The notes below the pieces were generated by a model, which saw only the letters and a program-made list of their open reading frames with translations, was not told the DNA's origin and ran no database searches. The translations under genes and the position numbers were made by a program. A stretch of 64,000 nt of DNA from Parcubacteria group bacterium (GTDB lineage: Bacteria; Patescibacteriota; Minisyncoccia; Moranbacterales; UBA2206): NCBI GenBank assembly GCA_041659505.1, contig JBAZYF010000003.1, forward strand, positions 150,026 through 214,025, read 5' to 3'. This document shows positions 9,399 through 21,648 of this stretch, piece after piece; the stretch's first letter is position 1; each line of letters opens with the position of its first letter.

Positions 9399-10871
9399 AT
9401 GAAGAAAAAAACCTTCATTTTGTTTCTTGGACTAACCACACTTTGCATATTTGTGGGGGTTTTTCCTTGGCAAAAAGTTTTGCGCAAAGAAACCGCAATT
9501 CCCCTTTCTTTCCCTCAAGAGCCTCCCTTTGAAATGCCCAATTTTTCTGATCTAAATATTCCAGAAAAAGAATGCCCCATCACGGATTTCGGTGCTAAAA
9601 ATGATGGCGCAACACTCAATACCCGTGCTTTTAATGACGCAGTCATTGAATGCGCGAACGCTGGCGGAGGCCACGTTATTGTTCCTGCTGGCAAATGGTT
9701 GACTGGAGCAATCCACCTCAAAAGTAACATCGATCTGCATTTGGAAAAAGAAGCCGAGATTCTGTTTAGCAAAGATCCGAAAGATTATTTGCCGGTCGTT
9801 TTTACGCGCTTTGAGGGCATTGAACTTTTAAATTATTCTCCCTTTATCTATGCTAAAGATTGTGAAAATATTTCTATCAGTGGCACGGGAACACTAGACG
9901 GGCAAGGCAAGGAATGGCTCAAATGGAAAGATATCCAAAAAGGCGATGCCCAAAGGCTCTACAAAATGGCCGATGATAACGTGCCCGTGGAAGAAAGAAT
10001 TTTTGCTCAAAAAGGTGATGCTTTACGACCGTTTTTTGTGGAGTTTGTCAACTGCAAAAATATCCGCCTGCTTGATTTTACCCTAAAAAACAGCCCAATG
10101 TGGTCAGTGCATCCGTTGTATAGCGAAAACGTGCTTATTCGTGGCATTCAAATTATTACCGACGGACACAACAACGATGGAATTGTCATTGACTCTTCAA
10201 AGTACGTCCTAGTAGATAATACATACTTAGAAACCGGCGATGATTCTATTTCCATAAAATCGGGCGTGGACAAAGACGGCTGGCGCGTCAACCGGCCTTC
10301 GGAAAATATCGTCATTCAAAATTCTCGCATGAAAAATGGCCACTCCAGCATTACGATTGGCAGTGAAATGTCAGGCGGAGTCAAGAATATCTACATAAAA
10401 GATTGCTCATTCGAAGATTCTGGTCAGGGCGTACGCGTAAAATCTCTGCCGGGACGCGGTGGTTATGTGGAAAACATTTGGGCCGGAGGCATCCAGATGA
10501 ATAACATTGAAAGTGCCGCTTTGCAATTCGACATGAACTATGACTCTTCCACTAATAAACCTTCCACAAGCGCCTTACCACGAATTGATAATATCTATAT
10601 CGATCAAATTAATGTTATAGGAAATTCGCCAAAATATTTAGTAAAAATTGACGGTCTACCAGAACAGCCGATAGAAAATGTCACCATAGCTAACGTTACC
10701 GCTAAATCAGAAAAAGGCATTGTGATTGGCAATGCCAGGCAAATTGACCTAGTAAATATTGCATTTTCCGCTAAAAAGAAACCTTATTTTCAATTTACTA
10801 ACGTAACAGAACTAACCCTAGCTAACGCCACTTGCAAAAAAAGCGACTCGAGCTGTGTGGAAATGAAATAA
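9399..10871 (+). CDS. Glycoside hydrolase family 28 (polygalacturonase-like), N-terminal signal/anchor
   Basis: DFGAKNDG, VPAGKWLTG, NNDG, GDD, GHS-SITIGSE and RVKS catalytic motifs. Confidence 0.93.
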   Translation: MKKKTFILFLGLTTLCIFVGVFPWQKVLRKETAIPLSFPQEPPFEMPNFSDLNIPEKECPITDFGAKNDGATLNTRAFNDAVIECANAGGGHVIVPAGKWLTGAIHLKSNIDLHLEKEAEILFSKDPKDYLPVVFTRFEGIELLNYSPFIYAKDCENISISGTGTLDGQGKEWLKWKDIQKGDAQRLYKMADDNVPVEERIFAQKGDALRPFFVEFVNCKNIRLLDFTLKNSPMWSVHPLYSENVLIRGIQIITDGHNNDGIVIDSSKYVLVDNTYLETGDDSISIKSGVDKDGWRVNRPSENIVIQNSRMKNGHSSITIGSEMSGGVKNIYIKDCSFEDSGQGVRVKSLPGRGGYVENIWAGGIQMNNIESAALQFDMNYDSSTNKPSTSALPRIDNIYIDQINVIGNSPKYLVKIDGLPEQPIENVTIANVTAKSEKGIVIGNARQIDLVNIAFSAKKKPYFQFTNVTELTLANATCKKSDSSCVEMK

Positions 10872-10890
10872 ACGCTCAAGTCTTCTCCTT

Positions 10891-12478
<1,588 letters not shown>

Positions 12479-12498
12479 ACTTTAAAAATTTCAAAAAT

Positions 12499-14313
12499 AT
12501 GAAAGACCATATTGCCATTTTGGATTTCGGTTCGCAGTATATGCATCTCATTGCGCGCAATATCCGTGAGATGAATGTACTGGCTAAGATCTATCCCCAT
12601 GACGTTTCTGCGGAAAAATTAACCACTGCCAGTGGAATTATTTTTTCCGGCGGACCGCAATCGGTCTATGACAAAAATTCACTCACGGTCGATCCAAAAA
12701 TTTTAGAATTAGGCGTTCCCATCCTAGGACTTTGCTATGGACATCAACTGCTCGCCCATCTTCTAGGCGGGCAAGTGAAGCCGGGACGCATAAGAGAATA
12801 TGGTCGAGCTAAGTTAGCGCTGAAAGATAAGACGGCGCTTTTTAGAAACATCCGGCGGACAACAAAAGTCTGGATGAGTCATGGCGACTCCGTCTCGAAA
12901 GTTCCCAAAAATTTCTCCATCACTGCTTCCACGCAGGATTGTCCAGTGACTGCGATGGCCGATGAAAAAAATAATTTCTACGGATTGCAATTCCATCCGG
13001 AAGTCGACCACACGCTCGAAGGCAAAAAGATGCTGGAAAATTTTGTTTTGAAAATTGCCAAGGCGCAGAAAAATTGGGAGATCAAAGATCTGGTCGCCCA
13101 TCTCGTGGATAAGATCAAAAAACAGGTCGGTAAGAAAAAAGTCTTCGTTCTGGTGAGCGGCGGCGTGGATTCCAATGTCGCTTTTGCCCTGTTGACCAAA
13201 GCTTTGGGAAAAGCACGGGTGAAAGGGCTCTATATCGACACTGGGTTTATGCGTCAAGATGAATCCCAAGAAATCATCAAAAATTTTAAAAAGATCGGTT
13301 TTGATAATTTGGAAGTGATCGATGCGAGCGCTACTTTTTTTGAAAATTTGAAAGGGATCTACGAACCGGAAAATAAACGAAAGATCATCGGCCAGACTTT
13401 CTTGGATATCAAAGACAGTGTCACAAAAAAATTAAAATTGAACGACAAGGAATGGCTCTTGGGACAAGGCACGATCTACCCTGACACGATCGAATCAGGC
13501 GGGACGAAAAATTCCGACAAGATTAAAACGCACCATAACCGCGTCGATGCTATCCAAAAAATGATCGACGAAGGTTTGGTCGTCGAACCCCTGGTCGATT
13601 TCTATAAATATGAAGTACGCCAAATCGGCAAACTTCTAAAACTCCCAAAAAATTTGATCGAACGCCATCCTTTTCCCGGTCCGGGACTCGCCATCCGCGT
13701 CCTTTGTCTTGATCATAAAATGCCAGAGGAAGACCTGAAAGATAAGGAAAGTAAGGTGAAAAAATTCTACCAAAAAAATTATCCCGAGATGGGATCAGCG
13801 CTCCTACCTATCCGCTCAGTCGGCGTCCAGGGCGACAACCGCACCTATGCACATCCCCTCGCCATCTGGAAAGAATCAGCCTGGAAAAAACTGGACCAAA
13901 TTTCAGTCAATACGACCAATTCCGTCCACGAAGTCAATCGCGTCGTCCTACTTTTGAATCCTGGGAAAAAACCTGTTTTTCAACTGATCAAAAAAGATGC
14001 TTATCTGACCGAGAAACGCACAGAAACGCTCCGTGAGATAGATGCGATCGTGACTAAAAATATCCGCGCAACCAAAATCTATGGACAGATCTGGCAATTC
14101 CCCGTCGTCCTCATCCCCATCACTGATGGAAGTGGCAAAGAATCGATCGTCTTGCGCCCGGTCAACACCCGTGACGCGATGACGCTAAATTTTTACCAGA
14201 TGGAAAAAACAGTGCTAAAACAAATGACCGAAGCCATTTTGGCTACCGGGCGTATTTCCTATGTCTTTTATGATCTGACTAATAAACCGCCAGGAACGAC
14301 GGAATGGGAATAA
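12499..14313 (+). CDS. guaA: GMP synthase (glutamine-hydrolysing)
   Basis: LDFGSQY, GLCYGHQ, QFHPEV, SGGVDS, IKTHHN, HPFPGPGL, KPPGTTEWE. Confidence 0.98.
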   Translation: MKDHIAILDFGSQYMHLIARNIREMNVLAKIYPHDVSAEKLTTASGIIFSGGPQSVYDKNSLTVDPKILELGVPILGLCYGHQLLAHLLGGQVKPGRIREYGRAKLALKDKTALFRNIRRTTKVWMSHGDSVSKVPKNFSITASTQDCPVTAMADEKNNFYGLQFHPEVDHTLEGKKMLENFVLKIAKAQKNWEIKDLVAHLVDKIKKQVGKKKVFVLVSGGVDSNVAFALLTKALGKARVKGLYIDTGFMRQDESQEIIKNFKKIGFDNLEVIDASATFFENLKGIYEPENKRKIIGQTFLDIKDSVTKKLKLNDKEWLLGQGTIYPDTIESGGTKNSDKIKTHHNRVDAIQKMIDEGLVVEPLVDFYKYEVRQIGKLLKLPKNLIERHPFPGPGLAIRVLCLDHKMPEEDLKDKESKVKKFYQKNYPEMGSALLPIRSVGVQGDNRTYAHPLAIWKESAWKKLDQISVNTTNSVHEVNRVVLLLNPGKKPVFQLIKKDAYLTEKRTETLREIDAIVTKNIRATKIYGQIWQFPVVLIPITDGSGKESIVLRPVNTRDAMTLNFYQMEKTVLKQMTEAILATGRISYVFYDLTNKPPGTTEWE

Positions 14314-14328
14314 TAAATCCATAAAATT

Positions 14329-15768
14329 ATGCCAAAAAATAATATCCAAACTGAGGTGCAAAAAGCGGTCGGAGCAAAAGTTGATATTTTTACCGATTCC
14401 AACAATGACCACAGCCGCTACCAAGTGAACAAAAAAAATTATCGGACGATCCTGATCAAGAATATCCCCTTCATCATCACCTGCAATGAGAATGATAAAT
14501 TGGTCATTTTAAAAAATCAATCTATCGCCATCAAAGATGATATCATCACCGAAGTAGCGCCGCTGGAAAAGATCAAAGCAAAAAAATTTGACCTCATCTA
14601 TGACGCTGGAAAACGCGGCGGAACAGTCGTCACTCCGGGACTGATCAACACGCATGCCCATATCCATATGTATCTTTTGCGTAGCGCAATGATCCTTGAT
14701 GAAGAAAAAAGCGTCGATGAAACAATCTCCAACATGGCCGCTTGGCAAAAATTCGAAACGGAAGAATCACTTTTTTATGCCTCAGTCGGCGATCTGACCG
14801 AACAGCAAAAAAACGGAATCACCACGACCCTTACACACGGACCGAGTTTTGAGTCAGGTGAAATCGCCGCGCAGATCACCAGACAAAATCTGCTCAACGC
14901 TGTGAGTGCCGTAAGCAATTCCCGTCCGACCAACTCACCGGAAATGGTGGAAAAATTACTTCAGAAAAAAGATGAGTTCTATTCCACGCCTGCCATCTCG
15001 TTGCACTATCTTTACAAAACGCCTTTTTCCACTTTACGCAAAGTAAAAAAAATCATTGATAAATATCAATCATTTCTGACTGTCCATCTGGCGGAAAGCC
15101 AAACTGTCGCAGAAAATACGCTGCGCTGTCATGGTATGAGCGAAGTGGAAGTGTTGAAAAAATTTAAGCTGCTAAATTCCCGTACCATCGCTTCACATGC
15201 CATCTACATCAAGCCGCAAGAAATCATCGAACTGGCCGAAAACCAAGTCGGAATTGTCCATCTGCCGACTTCCAACACGCTCCATAAAAGCGGCGTCTTT
15301 CCTTTTTGGCAATTCAATGATGCCAATGGCTACAAAAACATCTCCCTAGGAACCGATAGTGTAGTGAGCAAAAACCAGCTCGATCTTTTGACTGAAGCCT
15401 ATCAGGCCCGCATCACTCATCTTTATGCGCGCCCGATCAAATATGGCACGCTATTCAAAATGATGACGGCCAATGGTGCGCGCGTCCTTAGCCTCCTTGA
15501 CCGCGGAAAAATCCTGCCCGGCATGAAAGCCGACATCGTTTTTTGGAAACTGCGCGACCGCGGTTTTGTCCCTTATGACGAAAATAATCCGGCTACGCTC
15601 ATCGGCAATCTCATCACCCATGGCGGACGGATGGTCAGAGACCTTATGATCAACGGAAAGATCATCGTCAAAGACCGCCGCCACCAATTCGTCAATGAGA
15701 CAAAATTACTAGATGTGCTACAAAAGAAACACATGGAAATGCGCGTAAGAAAAGAGAAGAAAGACTAG
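14329..15768 (+). CDS. Amidohydrolase (guanine or MTA/SAH deaminase-like)
   Basis: PGLINTHAH, HLAES, GTD, GKILPGMKADIV; follows guaA. Confidence 0.85.
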   Translation: MPKNNIQTEVQKAVGAKVDIFTDSNNDHSRYQVNKKNYRTILIKNIPFIITCNENDKLVILKNQSIAIKDDIITEVAPLEKIKAKKFDLIYDAGKRGGTVVTPGLINTHAHIHMYLLRSAMILDEEKSVDETISNMAAWQKFETEESLFYASVGDLTEQQKNGITTTLTHGPSFESGEIAAQITRQNLLNAVSAVSNSRPTNSPEMVEKLLQKKDEFYSTPAISLHYLYKTPFSTLRKVKKIIDKYQSFLTVHLAESQTVAENTLRCHGMSEVEVLKKFKLLNSRTIASHAIYIKPQEIIELAENQVGIVHLPTSNTLHKSGVFPFWQFNDANGYKNISLGTDSVVSKNQLDLLTEAYQARITHLYARPIKYGTLFKMMTANGARVLSLLDRGKILPGMKADIVFWKLRDRGFVPYDENNPATLIGNLITHGGRMVRDLMINGKIIVKDRRHQFVNETKLLDVLQKKHMEMRVRKEKKD

Positions 15769-16586
15769 GATTGTTTTTCCAAGCTGCCTCTAATACTGGC
15801 CGGCTCGATGCCGGTCAGTTTTTTCATCAAAGAATATTCCAAAGAAGTGTCGGCCAAAAAATCCGCCGGCCGCTCGACTGGCATTTTCACATCGACCAAA
15901 TTGTCCGTCGAAACACCCAACGCTTCTAGTGCTTGCTTATGAAATTCATAGACGCTCATTCTTGGACCGGCCACGTGCACAATACCTTGATAGTCAGAAA
16001 AGGCTAATCCTATCGATGCCTGCGCCACTTGAAAAACTCCGAGCGGCGATTTATACATATCTGAGAATCTTTCTAAGCGCTCACCATTTTTGAGCGCCTC
16101 AGAAGCTTTGGATAAACGAGAATCTAAGCGCCCGCCAGAAAAACCATAGAGATAGCTTGGACGGATGATGCAATAGTCTTCACTTTCTTCTCGGATCAAT
16201 TTTTCACAAAGCGCTAAATTTTTGCCATAATTCGTGACGGGCACAGGAAGATCTTTTTCAGAATAATTCCCTTGCTCACCAGCAAAAATTCCATCACTGG
16301 AAAAATAGACCAGGCGCTTGCCGGCACAGCCCGCGATAAACTGGCGCATCGCTTTTTCTAAAAGTTCTTGATCTTCCACAAACTCAATTTTCGCCGACAA
16401 AAAAACCGTATCGATCTCACGGCCAGAAAAAAGTTCCTCACTGTCATCCGCAAAAAAATCAAACTTGAGCGAACCAGGAAATTTTGGATTTTGATTATGC
16501 GTCACTAAAACATCCGCGCCACTCTCCAAGAGTTGCCGCGCGATTTCTCCGCCCAAAAAACCCGCTCCGATGATAGCTGTTGACAT
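15765..16586 (-). CDS. RmlD-like NAD(P)-dependent sugar-nucleotide reductase (SDR)
   Basis: IIGAGFLG, YFSSDGIF, YSEKDLPVPVTNYG, IIRPSYLYG. Confidence 0.85.
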   Translation of the reverse strand: MSTAIIGAGFLGGEIARQLLESGADVLVTHNQNPKFPGSLKFDFFADDSEELFSGREIDTVFLSAKIEFVEDQELLEKAMRQFIAGCAGKRLVYFSSDGIFAGEQGNYSEKDLPVPVTNYGKNLALCEKLIREESEDYCIIRPSYLYGFSGGRLDSRLSKASEALKNGERLERFSDMYKSPLGVFQVAQASIGLAFSDYQGIVHVAGPRMSVYEFHKQALEALGVSTDNLVDVKMPVERPADFLADTSLEYSLMKKLTGIEPASIRGSLEKQS

Positions 16587-16800
16587 ATTTTCACTTTAAA
16601 CAGTACGCAGACCATGCTCCTCTTATAAACTATCAATCACTAATCATTCCTGTCTAGCATGTCCTGTCGCTCGGCGGGCTCAAAAACTGAACAGAAGCAA
16701 AATACCGATCATGCTTGGCAGGGAAGTTTTGATGCTTTGGAAATTTTTTTTGAGTACGATTTTCATCGAAACTTACTAAGCATACAAAAGTTCTTCCATA

Positions 16801-17091
16801 TTAATGTTTTTTATTTTTTTTCATCCCTTGATGCTGGCGCTCAACGTAGACAATCCGCCACCAGTATTGACCAAGAAAATAGCCGCCGAAAAGTCCACAT
16901 GCCCAAAGGATAATTTGCAGATAAGGCGGAAGATAAGAGTGTATGCCAAGATGGATATATTCCTTTGGCAAAAGACCAGAAAAAAGCCATTGATCCACTA
17001 GCCAGATTTCGATTAACCATTGGAAAGTTTCTACTAAAAGCATTCCCAGAAGCATCGCGAATGAAATATAAATATTCTTTTTGATTAACAT
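16801..17091 (-). CDS. Hypothetical membrane protein
   Basis: Two hydrophobic segments, GQYWWRIVYVE tail. Confidence 0.6.
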   Translation of the reverse strand: MLIKKNIYISFAMLLGMLLVETFQWLIEIWLVDQWLFSGLLPKEYIHLGIHSYLPPYLQIILWACGLFGGYFLGQYWWRIVYVERQHQGMKKNKKH

Positions 17092-17203
17092 TGAAATATT
17101 TTAAAAATTAGAGGCAGAAATTAAATAGATCATATAGCATATTTACCATTATCCTACCACAAAAACGCATATATTGCGAGAATACACCATTCTTTAAGGG
17201 TAT

Positions 17204-18175
17204 CTATTTGCCCTCCTCTTCCTTTTTCTCAAACAGCTTCACGAAAATGAAGCGACCGATCCGATAGACGATCCAGAAGAGCAAGAGATAAAGGATCAGC
17301 GTCGGCAAAAAGGTAATGACAAAGACGATCAAAAAGTCGACAAAATTTTGCACCTTGATCACCAAAGAACGGATTGCATCTTTGGCCACCTGCAATGGGC
17401 GCCAAGAATCAGAAACAGCAATTCCAGAATCCTCCGACAGGGTGATAGTGATCGTAGACATATCAGTCTGAGAAGCCAAATAGCGCAACTGTCCTTGGAA
17501 AGATTCAATCTCCCCTCTTACGCGCGAAAGCGCCTGAGTGACTTCGATCACATCACTGATTTTTTGCGCTTGATCGAGAATTTTTTGATATGCCGCCTCT
17601 TCGACTTGTTTGTTCTTGATCCGTCCCTCCAGGTCCTGGTAGCGCTCCGTCACATCTTGACCATTAGTCGATTCGCGCACGACGGCGCTGGCGACAGTTT
17701 TTAATTCACCAAAAGCTTTTTCAAAATTAGCGACCGGCACTTTGATTGAAAGCGTTCCGCTTTTGAGCGATTTATCATTTTGGTAAAAATTAGAAGAAAA
17801 TAAACTTCCACCATTCCCCTCTGCGATCTTTTCAATTGCTGACACAGCCGCATCGACCTTATCCACTTTCAATGTCAGGTTGCCGTTCTTGACTACTTTT
17901 TTGTCTGTCAGCGACTGACTATTTTCCGATGCCTGATAAGTGGCACTGGGAGCACTGTCACGTGTGATGTTTTTTTCTTGTGCCCCTCCAGAAATCGGAT
18001 TGCTAAACGTCGTACCAGAAGACAGTCCTGTCGACATCGGAGCGTCAAGACCATCCCACTGCGCCACGCCTCCCATCTTGCTGGTGGAAGAAATGTTCCT
18101 CATAAAAGCAACCAGGACAAAAAACAGGAGAACAATAACTCCGACAACTATGGCAATTATTTTGGTTTTTTTCAT
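17204..18175 (-). CDS. DUF4349 domain protein
   Basis: N-terminal TM, DVTERYQDLEGRI coiled region, C-terminal TM. Confidence 0.85.
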   Translation of the reverse strand: MKKTKIIAIVVGVIVLLFFVLVAFMRNISSTSKMGGVAQWDGLDAPMSTGLSSGTTFSNPISGGAQEKNITRDSAPSATYQASENSQSLTDKKVVKNGNLTLKVDKVDAAVSAIEKIAEGNGGSLFSSNFYQNDKSLKSGTLSIKVPVANFEKAFGELKTVASAVVRESTNGQDVTERYQDLEGRIKNKQVEEAAYQKILDQAQKISDVIEVTQALSRVRGEIESFQGQLRYLASQTDMSTITITLSEDSGIAVSDSWRPLQVAKDAIRSLVIKVQNFVDFLIVFVITFLPTLILYLLLFWIVYRIGRFIFVKLFEKKEEEGK

Positions 18176-18221
18176 TTTTTTAAGTTAATAATTAACTAGC
18201 CTCATTATACCACAAATTTAT

Positions 18222-18884
18222 CTAGCTAAATAATTGCAACAACTCTTTCGTTTCCGGCAGTTTTGTGACAAGCATAAAAATAAAGATGTAGACCAAAAGC
18301 GTAACAACTTTCGAAGAAGAATAAAATTTGAGCGCGTTGCCCAATGATTGCTTGGGCAAAAGCGAATGACCATGCAGATTGACGGAAGAATAAATTTCAT
18401 CCAGCACCAAGTGCCCCAAATATCCCACGCTCACCGCGAGGCCTAAGAATAGTTTTTGCTCGCTTTGGATCGCCAAGAAATTCAAAAACCAGATCGTCAA
18501 AAGACCAAAAAGTACCGCAGCCGGAACGGAATGGAAGATGCCGCGATGATTGGTAAATTTTTCAAACACGTAGCCTGCGCCAAAACGGACCAGCAAAAAC
18601 ACTGCCATTGGGAACAGGACCAGCAGTTTCAATCCTCTTTCTCCGCTTTGATATTGACCCAAAAAAATTAAACCAGCCAGTCCCGCCCCCAAGAGGCCAA
18701 AAAGGATCTGAAATGGAACACCTTCATCCATATCCAGATCAGGAAGGAATGAACCGACCAGGACGGCCAAAAAAATCCAGATGATCGCCTCGGTCGATGC
18801 CATCAAGGAAGTGATAAGACCAGCAACGATAAAACCGATGCCGATAAAAACGCCGAAGCTGATGTGGGTTTTGAAATTTGCCAT
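18222..18884 (-). CDS. Membrane-bound metal-dependent hydrolase (YdjM-like)
   Basis: MANFKTH, LPDLD, HRGIFHS, HLVLD. Confidence 0.9.
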   Translation of the reverse strand: MANFKTHISFGVFIGIGFIVAGLITSLMASTEAIIWIFLAVLVGSFLPDLDMDEGVPFQILFGLLGAGLAGLIFLGQYQSGERGLKLLVLFPMAVFLLVRFGAGYVFEKFTNHRGIFHSVPAAVLFGLLTIWFLNFLAIQSEQKLFLGLAVSVGYLGHLVLDEIYSSVNLHGHSLLPKQSLGNALKFYSSSKVVTLLVYIFIFMLVTKLPETKELLQLFS

Positions 18885-18889
18885 AGATT

Positions 18890-19183
18890 TTATTTTTCCT
18901 TCGGCCAGCCCCAATTCCACTTCGGCTTTTCGCCTTTCTTAAAAGCGATAGCGAAGAAGATGGCGGTCCATAAAATTACTAAGCCAAGAAACGCGTAAGG
19001 CACATCACTCTTGGGCGCCGTTGCATCGATTATCCTGGCGGAAGCGACGAGTAGTGCGACATAGATCGCAATCGTGACCCAGCCTTGCCACCTGACCGGC
19101 GTCCAGCCCCAGCCGAACCGTTTTTGCTTGAACCAGTACCCCTTAGGATTATCCTTCACGTACGCGATGTATCTTTCGAACAT
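18890..19183 (-). CDS. Conserved small membrane protein
   Basis: WFKQKRFGWGWTPVRWQGW, two TMs, KGEKPKWNWG. Confidence 0.7.
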   Translation of the reverse strand: MFERYIAYVKDNPKGYWFKQKRFGWGWTPVRWQGWVTIAIYVALLVASARIIDATAPKSDVPYAFLGLVILWTAIFFAIAFKKGEKPKWNWGWPKEK

Positions 19184-19244
19184 ATGTTTTAGTTTTAATA
19201 TTTAGTCAGTTAGTGCAAATTTTGCATTATGCCTTTTTTGCATA

Positions 19245-20075
19245 TTACTTTCCGGAACTACTTTCTAGTTTTTTCATACTTGCGCTTCCCTCGAGGGATC
19301 TCATCTGAGAAATCGCGCTTTCGTTCAATTTTAGCAAGCGACTTTTCTGTGATAATCCAGCACGAATGAACTCAGCGTTGAGGTTTTCTAAATTTGCCAA
19401 ACAAACTAGTTGCGTCACGGTGGAATAATCTCGTACATTTCCGACTAACTTAGGATTTTTATCTTTCCATTGCCTTGCCGTCATTCCGAAAAGTGCTACA
19501 TTCAAAACATCAGCTTCATTGGCATAAGTGATATCAGCAAGGTGTTTCGATAATTTTTGAGGTAAAACAATCTTTTCTTTGATCGCGTCTGTATGAATTT
19601 TGTAATTGATTTTTGTAAGCATCCGCTTAGCATCCCATCCCAAGGTCAATCTCTCGTTTTCTTCAAGCTTCAGCCGTTGAAATTCATTTATGAGGTAAAT
19701 CTTAAACTCCGGACTAATCCACATGCCAAATTCAAATGCGATATCCTTGTGAGCATACGTCCCTCCATACCTGCCAGCAGTCGCTTTTAGCCCGATCGCA
19801 TTAGTCTTTTCTACCCATTCTTTAACACTTATTTTATAGCTATTGAGCCCGGCCTGACTTTTAATTATGGCAAATTCGCCATAATTAAACCTTGGGTTAT
19901 TTATTTTTTCCCAAATGCCGAGAAATTCAACAGTATTTCTGTTCCGAAGCCAATCAGAAATAAAAAAATCTCCTTCCTTAGCTCTTAGCATATCTGTAAG
20001 GGAGATATAATCGTTATTTTCCTTAGAAATAATCGCTATGTCAATCCCCTGAACATTAATTTTTTTATTTTTCAT
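19245..20075 (-). CDS. KilA-N domain DNA-binding protein
   Basis: DYISLTDM, WLRNRNTVEFL, GRYGGTYAHKDIAFEF. Confidence 0.9.
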   Translation of the reverse strand: MKNKKINVQGIDIAIISKENNDYISLTDMLRAKEGDFFISDWLRNRNTVEFLGIWEKINNPRFNYGEFAIIKSQAGLNSYKISVKEWVEKTNAIGLKATAGRYGGTYAHKDIAFEFGMWISPEFKIYLINEFQRLKLEENERLTLGWDAKRMLTKINYKIHTDAIKEKIVLPQKLSKHLADITYANEADVLNVALFGMTARQWKDKNPKLVGNVRDYSTVTQLVCLANLENLNAEFIRAGLSQKSRLLKLNESAISQMRSLEGSASMKKLESSSGK

Positions 20076-20091
20076 ATTTTTTACTTCGTTT

Positions 20092-20118
20092 ATTATACTG
20101 ATATTATATCAGTATAAT
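20092..20118 (-). promoter_or_regulatory. Palindromic operator overlapping the -10 of the KilA-N gene
   Basis: ATTATACTGATAT-T-ATATCAGTATAAT; minus strand TTGCCA-N17-TATAAT. Confidence 0.6.
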
Positions 20119-20142
20119 CATTCTTTGGCAAGTTTTTTGCAG

Positions 20143-21114
20143 CTATTTTTTCGCAATCAGATTTAAAATCAAAGCCACAACTTTCTCTCTGTCTTTAGGA
20201 TCACTGCTCGCAACCAAAATTGTGAGCGCAGTGAGGGCGGAAGGTGTCAATCTACTCACATCTAAGATGTTAGCTTGCCGCAAAAACCAGACAAAAGCAA
20301 ACGCCCCACTTCTTTTATTACCATCGATGAACGGATGATTTTTAACCATGAAATACAAAAGATAGGCCGCCTTTTCTTCGACCGTCCCGTAAAGTTCTTT
20401 TCCGCCAAAAGTCTGCATCACATTTCCGACAATTCCCGCGACCGTTCCTGCGCTCCTTTCTTGGCCAAAAATATCCGTCGCTTTTTTCTCACGAAGCAAT
20501 TCACTCCTTAGCATAGTCAAACTGTCCGCAACTTTTGTTGCTGTGAGTACCACTTTCTTTTTGGTCAGCTTCCCTTTCGGCAAAGCGTCCCGGTCATAGG
20601 CATCCAGAGAAAGCCAGGTGTCAGCAAAAAGCGTGACTAGGTCAATTGCATCGCCAGTATCGATGATTGTTTCACGCGGCAGCAGTTTTTTGATATCCTC
20701 CACCACGCCCAAAAACTGATCATAGTTTTTCTTGATCCGATTCTTGTTGATGGCAAAGCCATCGACGATGTAGCTCCGCAAGGTTTTGGTTGCCCACTTA
20801 CGGAATTCTATCGCTATCTTTGAATTAGTACGATAACCTACGCCCAAAGTAACATCCAGCGAATATAGCGTGATAGGCTTGTCAGAATTTGCATTATGCA
20901 TTTTTTGCATATTGCTTTTTTCCTCAATTTCACCGTCTTTAAATATATTCCTTATATGACGAGACACTACAGATTGGTCGACTCCAAAAAGACTAACGAT
21001 CTGTGCTTGAGACGCCCAGATTGTTTCATGTTTAAAATCACCCTTAAGTTCAATCGCTCCGGATTTAGCTTGATAGATTACTGCCCCTGTGTTTTTTTCT
21101 TTTTTTGTTACCAT
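20143..21114 (-). CDS. RhuM-family / Fic-Doc fusion protein
   Basis: ETIWASQAQI...VGYRTNS...FRKWAT (RhuM) plus HPFIDGNKRSG (Fic). Confidence 0.9.
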   Translation of the reverse strand: MVTKKEKNTGAVIYQAKSGAIELKGDFKHETIWASQAQIVSLFGVDQSVVSRHIRNIFKDGEIEEKSNMQKMHNANSDKPITLYSLDVTLGVGYRTNSKIAIEFRKWATKTLRSYIVDGFAINKNRIKKNYDQFLGVVEDIKKLLPRETIIDTGDAIDLVTLFADTWLSLDAYDRDALPKGKLTKKKVVLTATKVADSLTMLRSELLREKKATDIFGQERSAGTVAGIVGNVMQTFGGKELYGTVEEKAAYLLYFMVKNHPFIDGNKRSGAFAFVWFLRQANILDVSRLTPSALTALTILVASSDPKDREKVVALILNLIAKK

Positions 21115-21181
21115 AATATTTATTTTAATTTATTACAATGATATTATACCACTATAATAAATTCCCGGCAAGCGAGGGTGA

Positions 21182-21256
21182 TTAGGCCAGCATAATCGCG
21201 AATTCCTCTTCCCCGTCCCACTGGGCGAATAGGGAGAGTAGTTTTGAGTTGTTCAT
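21182..21256 (-). pseudogene. Gene-start remnant, copy 1 (MNNSKLLSLFAQWDGEEEFAIMLA*)
   Basis: Near-identical to 22594-22669; a one-base insertion creates the stop. Confidence 0.6.
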
Positions 21257-21274
21257 TTTTTTTATTTTAGGTAA

Positions 21275-21637
21275 TTATTCGCAATGAGAGAAATTTTTTA
21301 AATAGTCCTTGAGTCTTTCCTGATTTTCATTCTCCTTATCGCCTTTGTAGTATATTTCAATAAATTCGATCAGCTCAATGGTTTGGGTTTTGAGATGATA
21401 AGCATAAATTACGCGGAAGAATTTCCCTTTGGTGGAGTCGCAATGCATCCGCACTTTATATATTTCCAATATATCATTTTTGTGAAGCAGATTCCAATGC
21501 TTGCTTCCATTGCCTTGAGGCGCTGCAACCAGATATAATTCTTTGAGCTGATAAAAATCCTTTCCCAGCGTACGATATTTCTTGGAAAGTTTTTTCAGCT
21601 CTTTGGCAAATTCGCTTGTTTCCTGGAAATTTATCAT
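21275..21637 (-). CDS. RelE/ParE-superfamily toxin
   Basis: FAKELKKLSKKY, YKVR, FRVIY; 120 aa directly downstream of an antitoxin. Confidence 0.7.
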   Translation of the reverse strand: MINFQETSEFAKELKKLSKKYRTLGKDFYQLKELYLVAAPQGNGSKHWNLLHKNDILEIYKVRMHCDSTKGKFFRVIYAYHLKTQTIELIEFIEIYYKGDKENENQERLKDYLKNFSHCE

Positions 21638-21648
21638 CCGGATTTTTC

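Noticed and set aside
16680-16766. Short minus-strand ORF MKIVLKKNFQSIKTSLPSMIGILLLFSF, resembling a permease N-terminus
   Set aside because: Too short to support a call; possibly a gene remnant.
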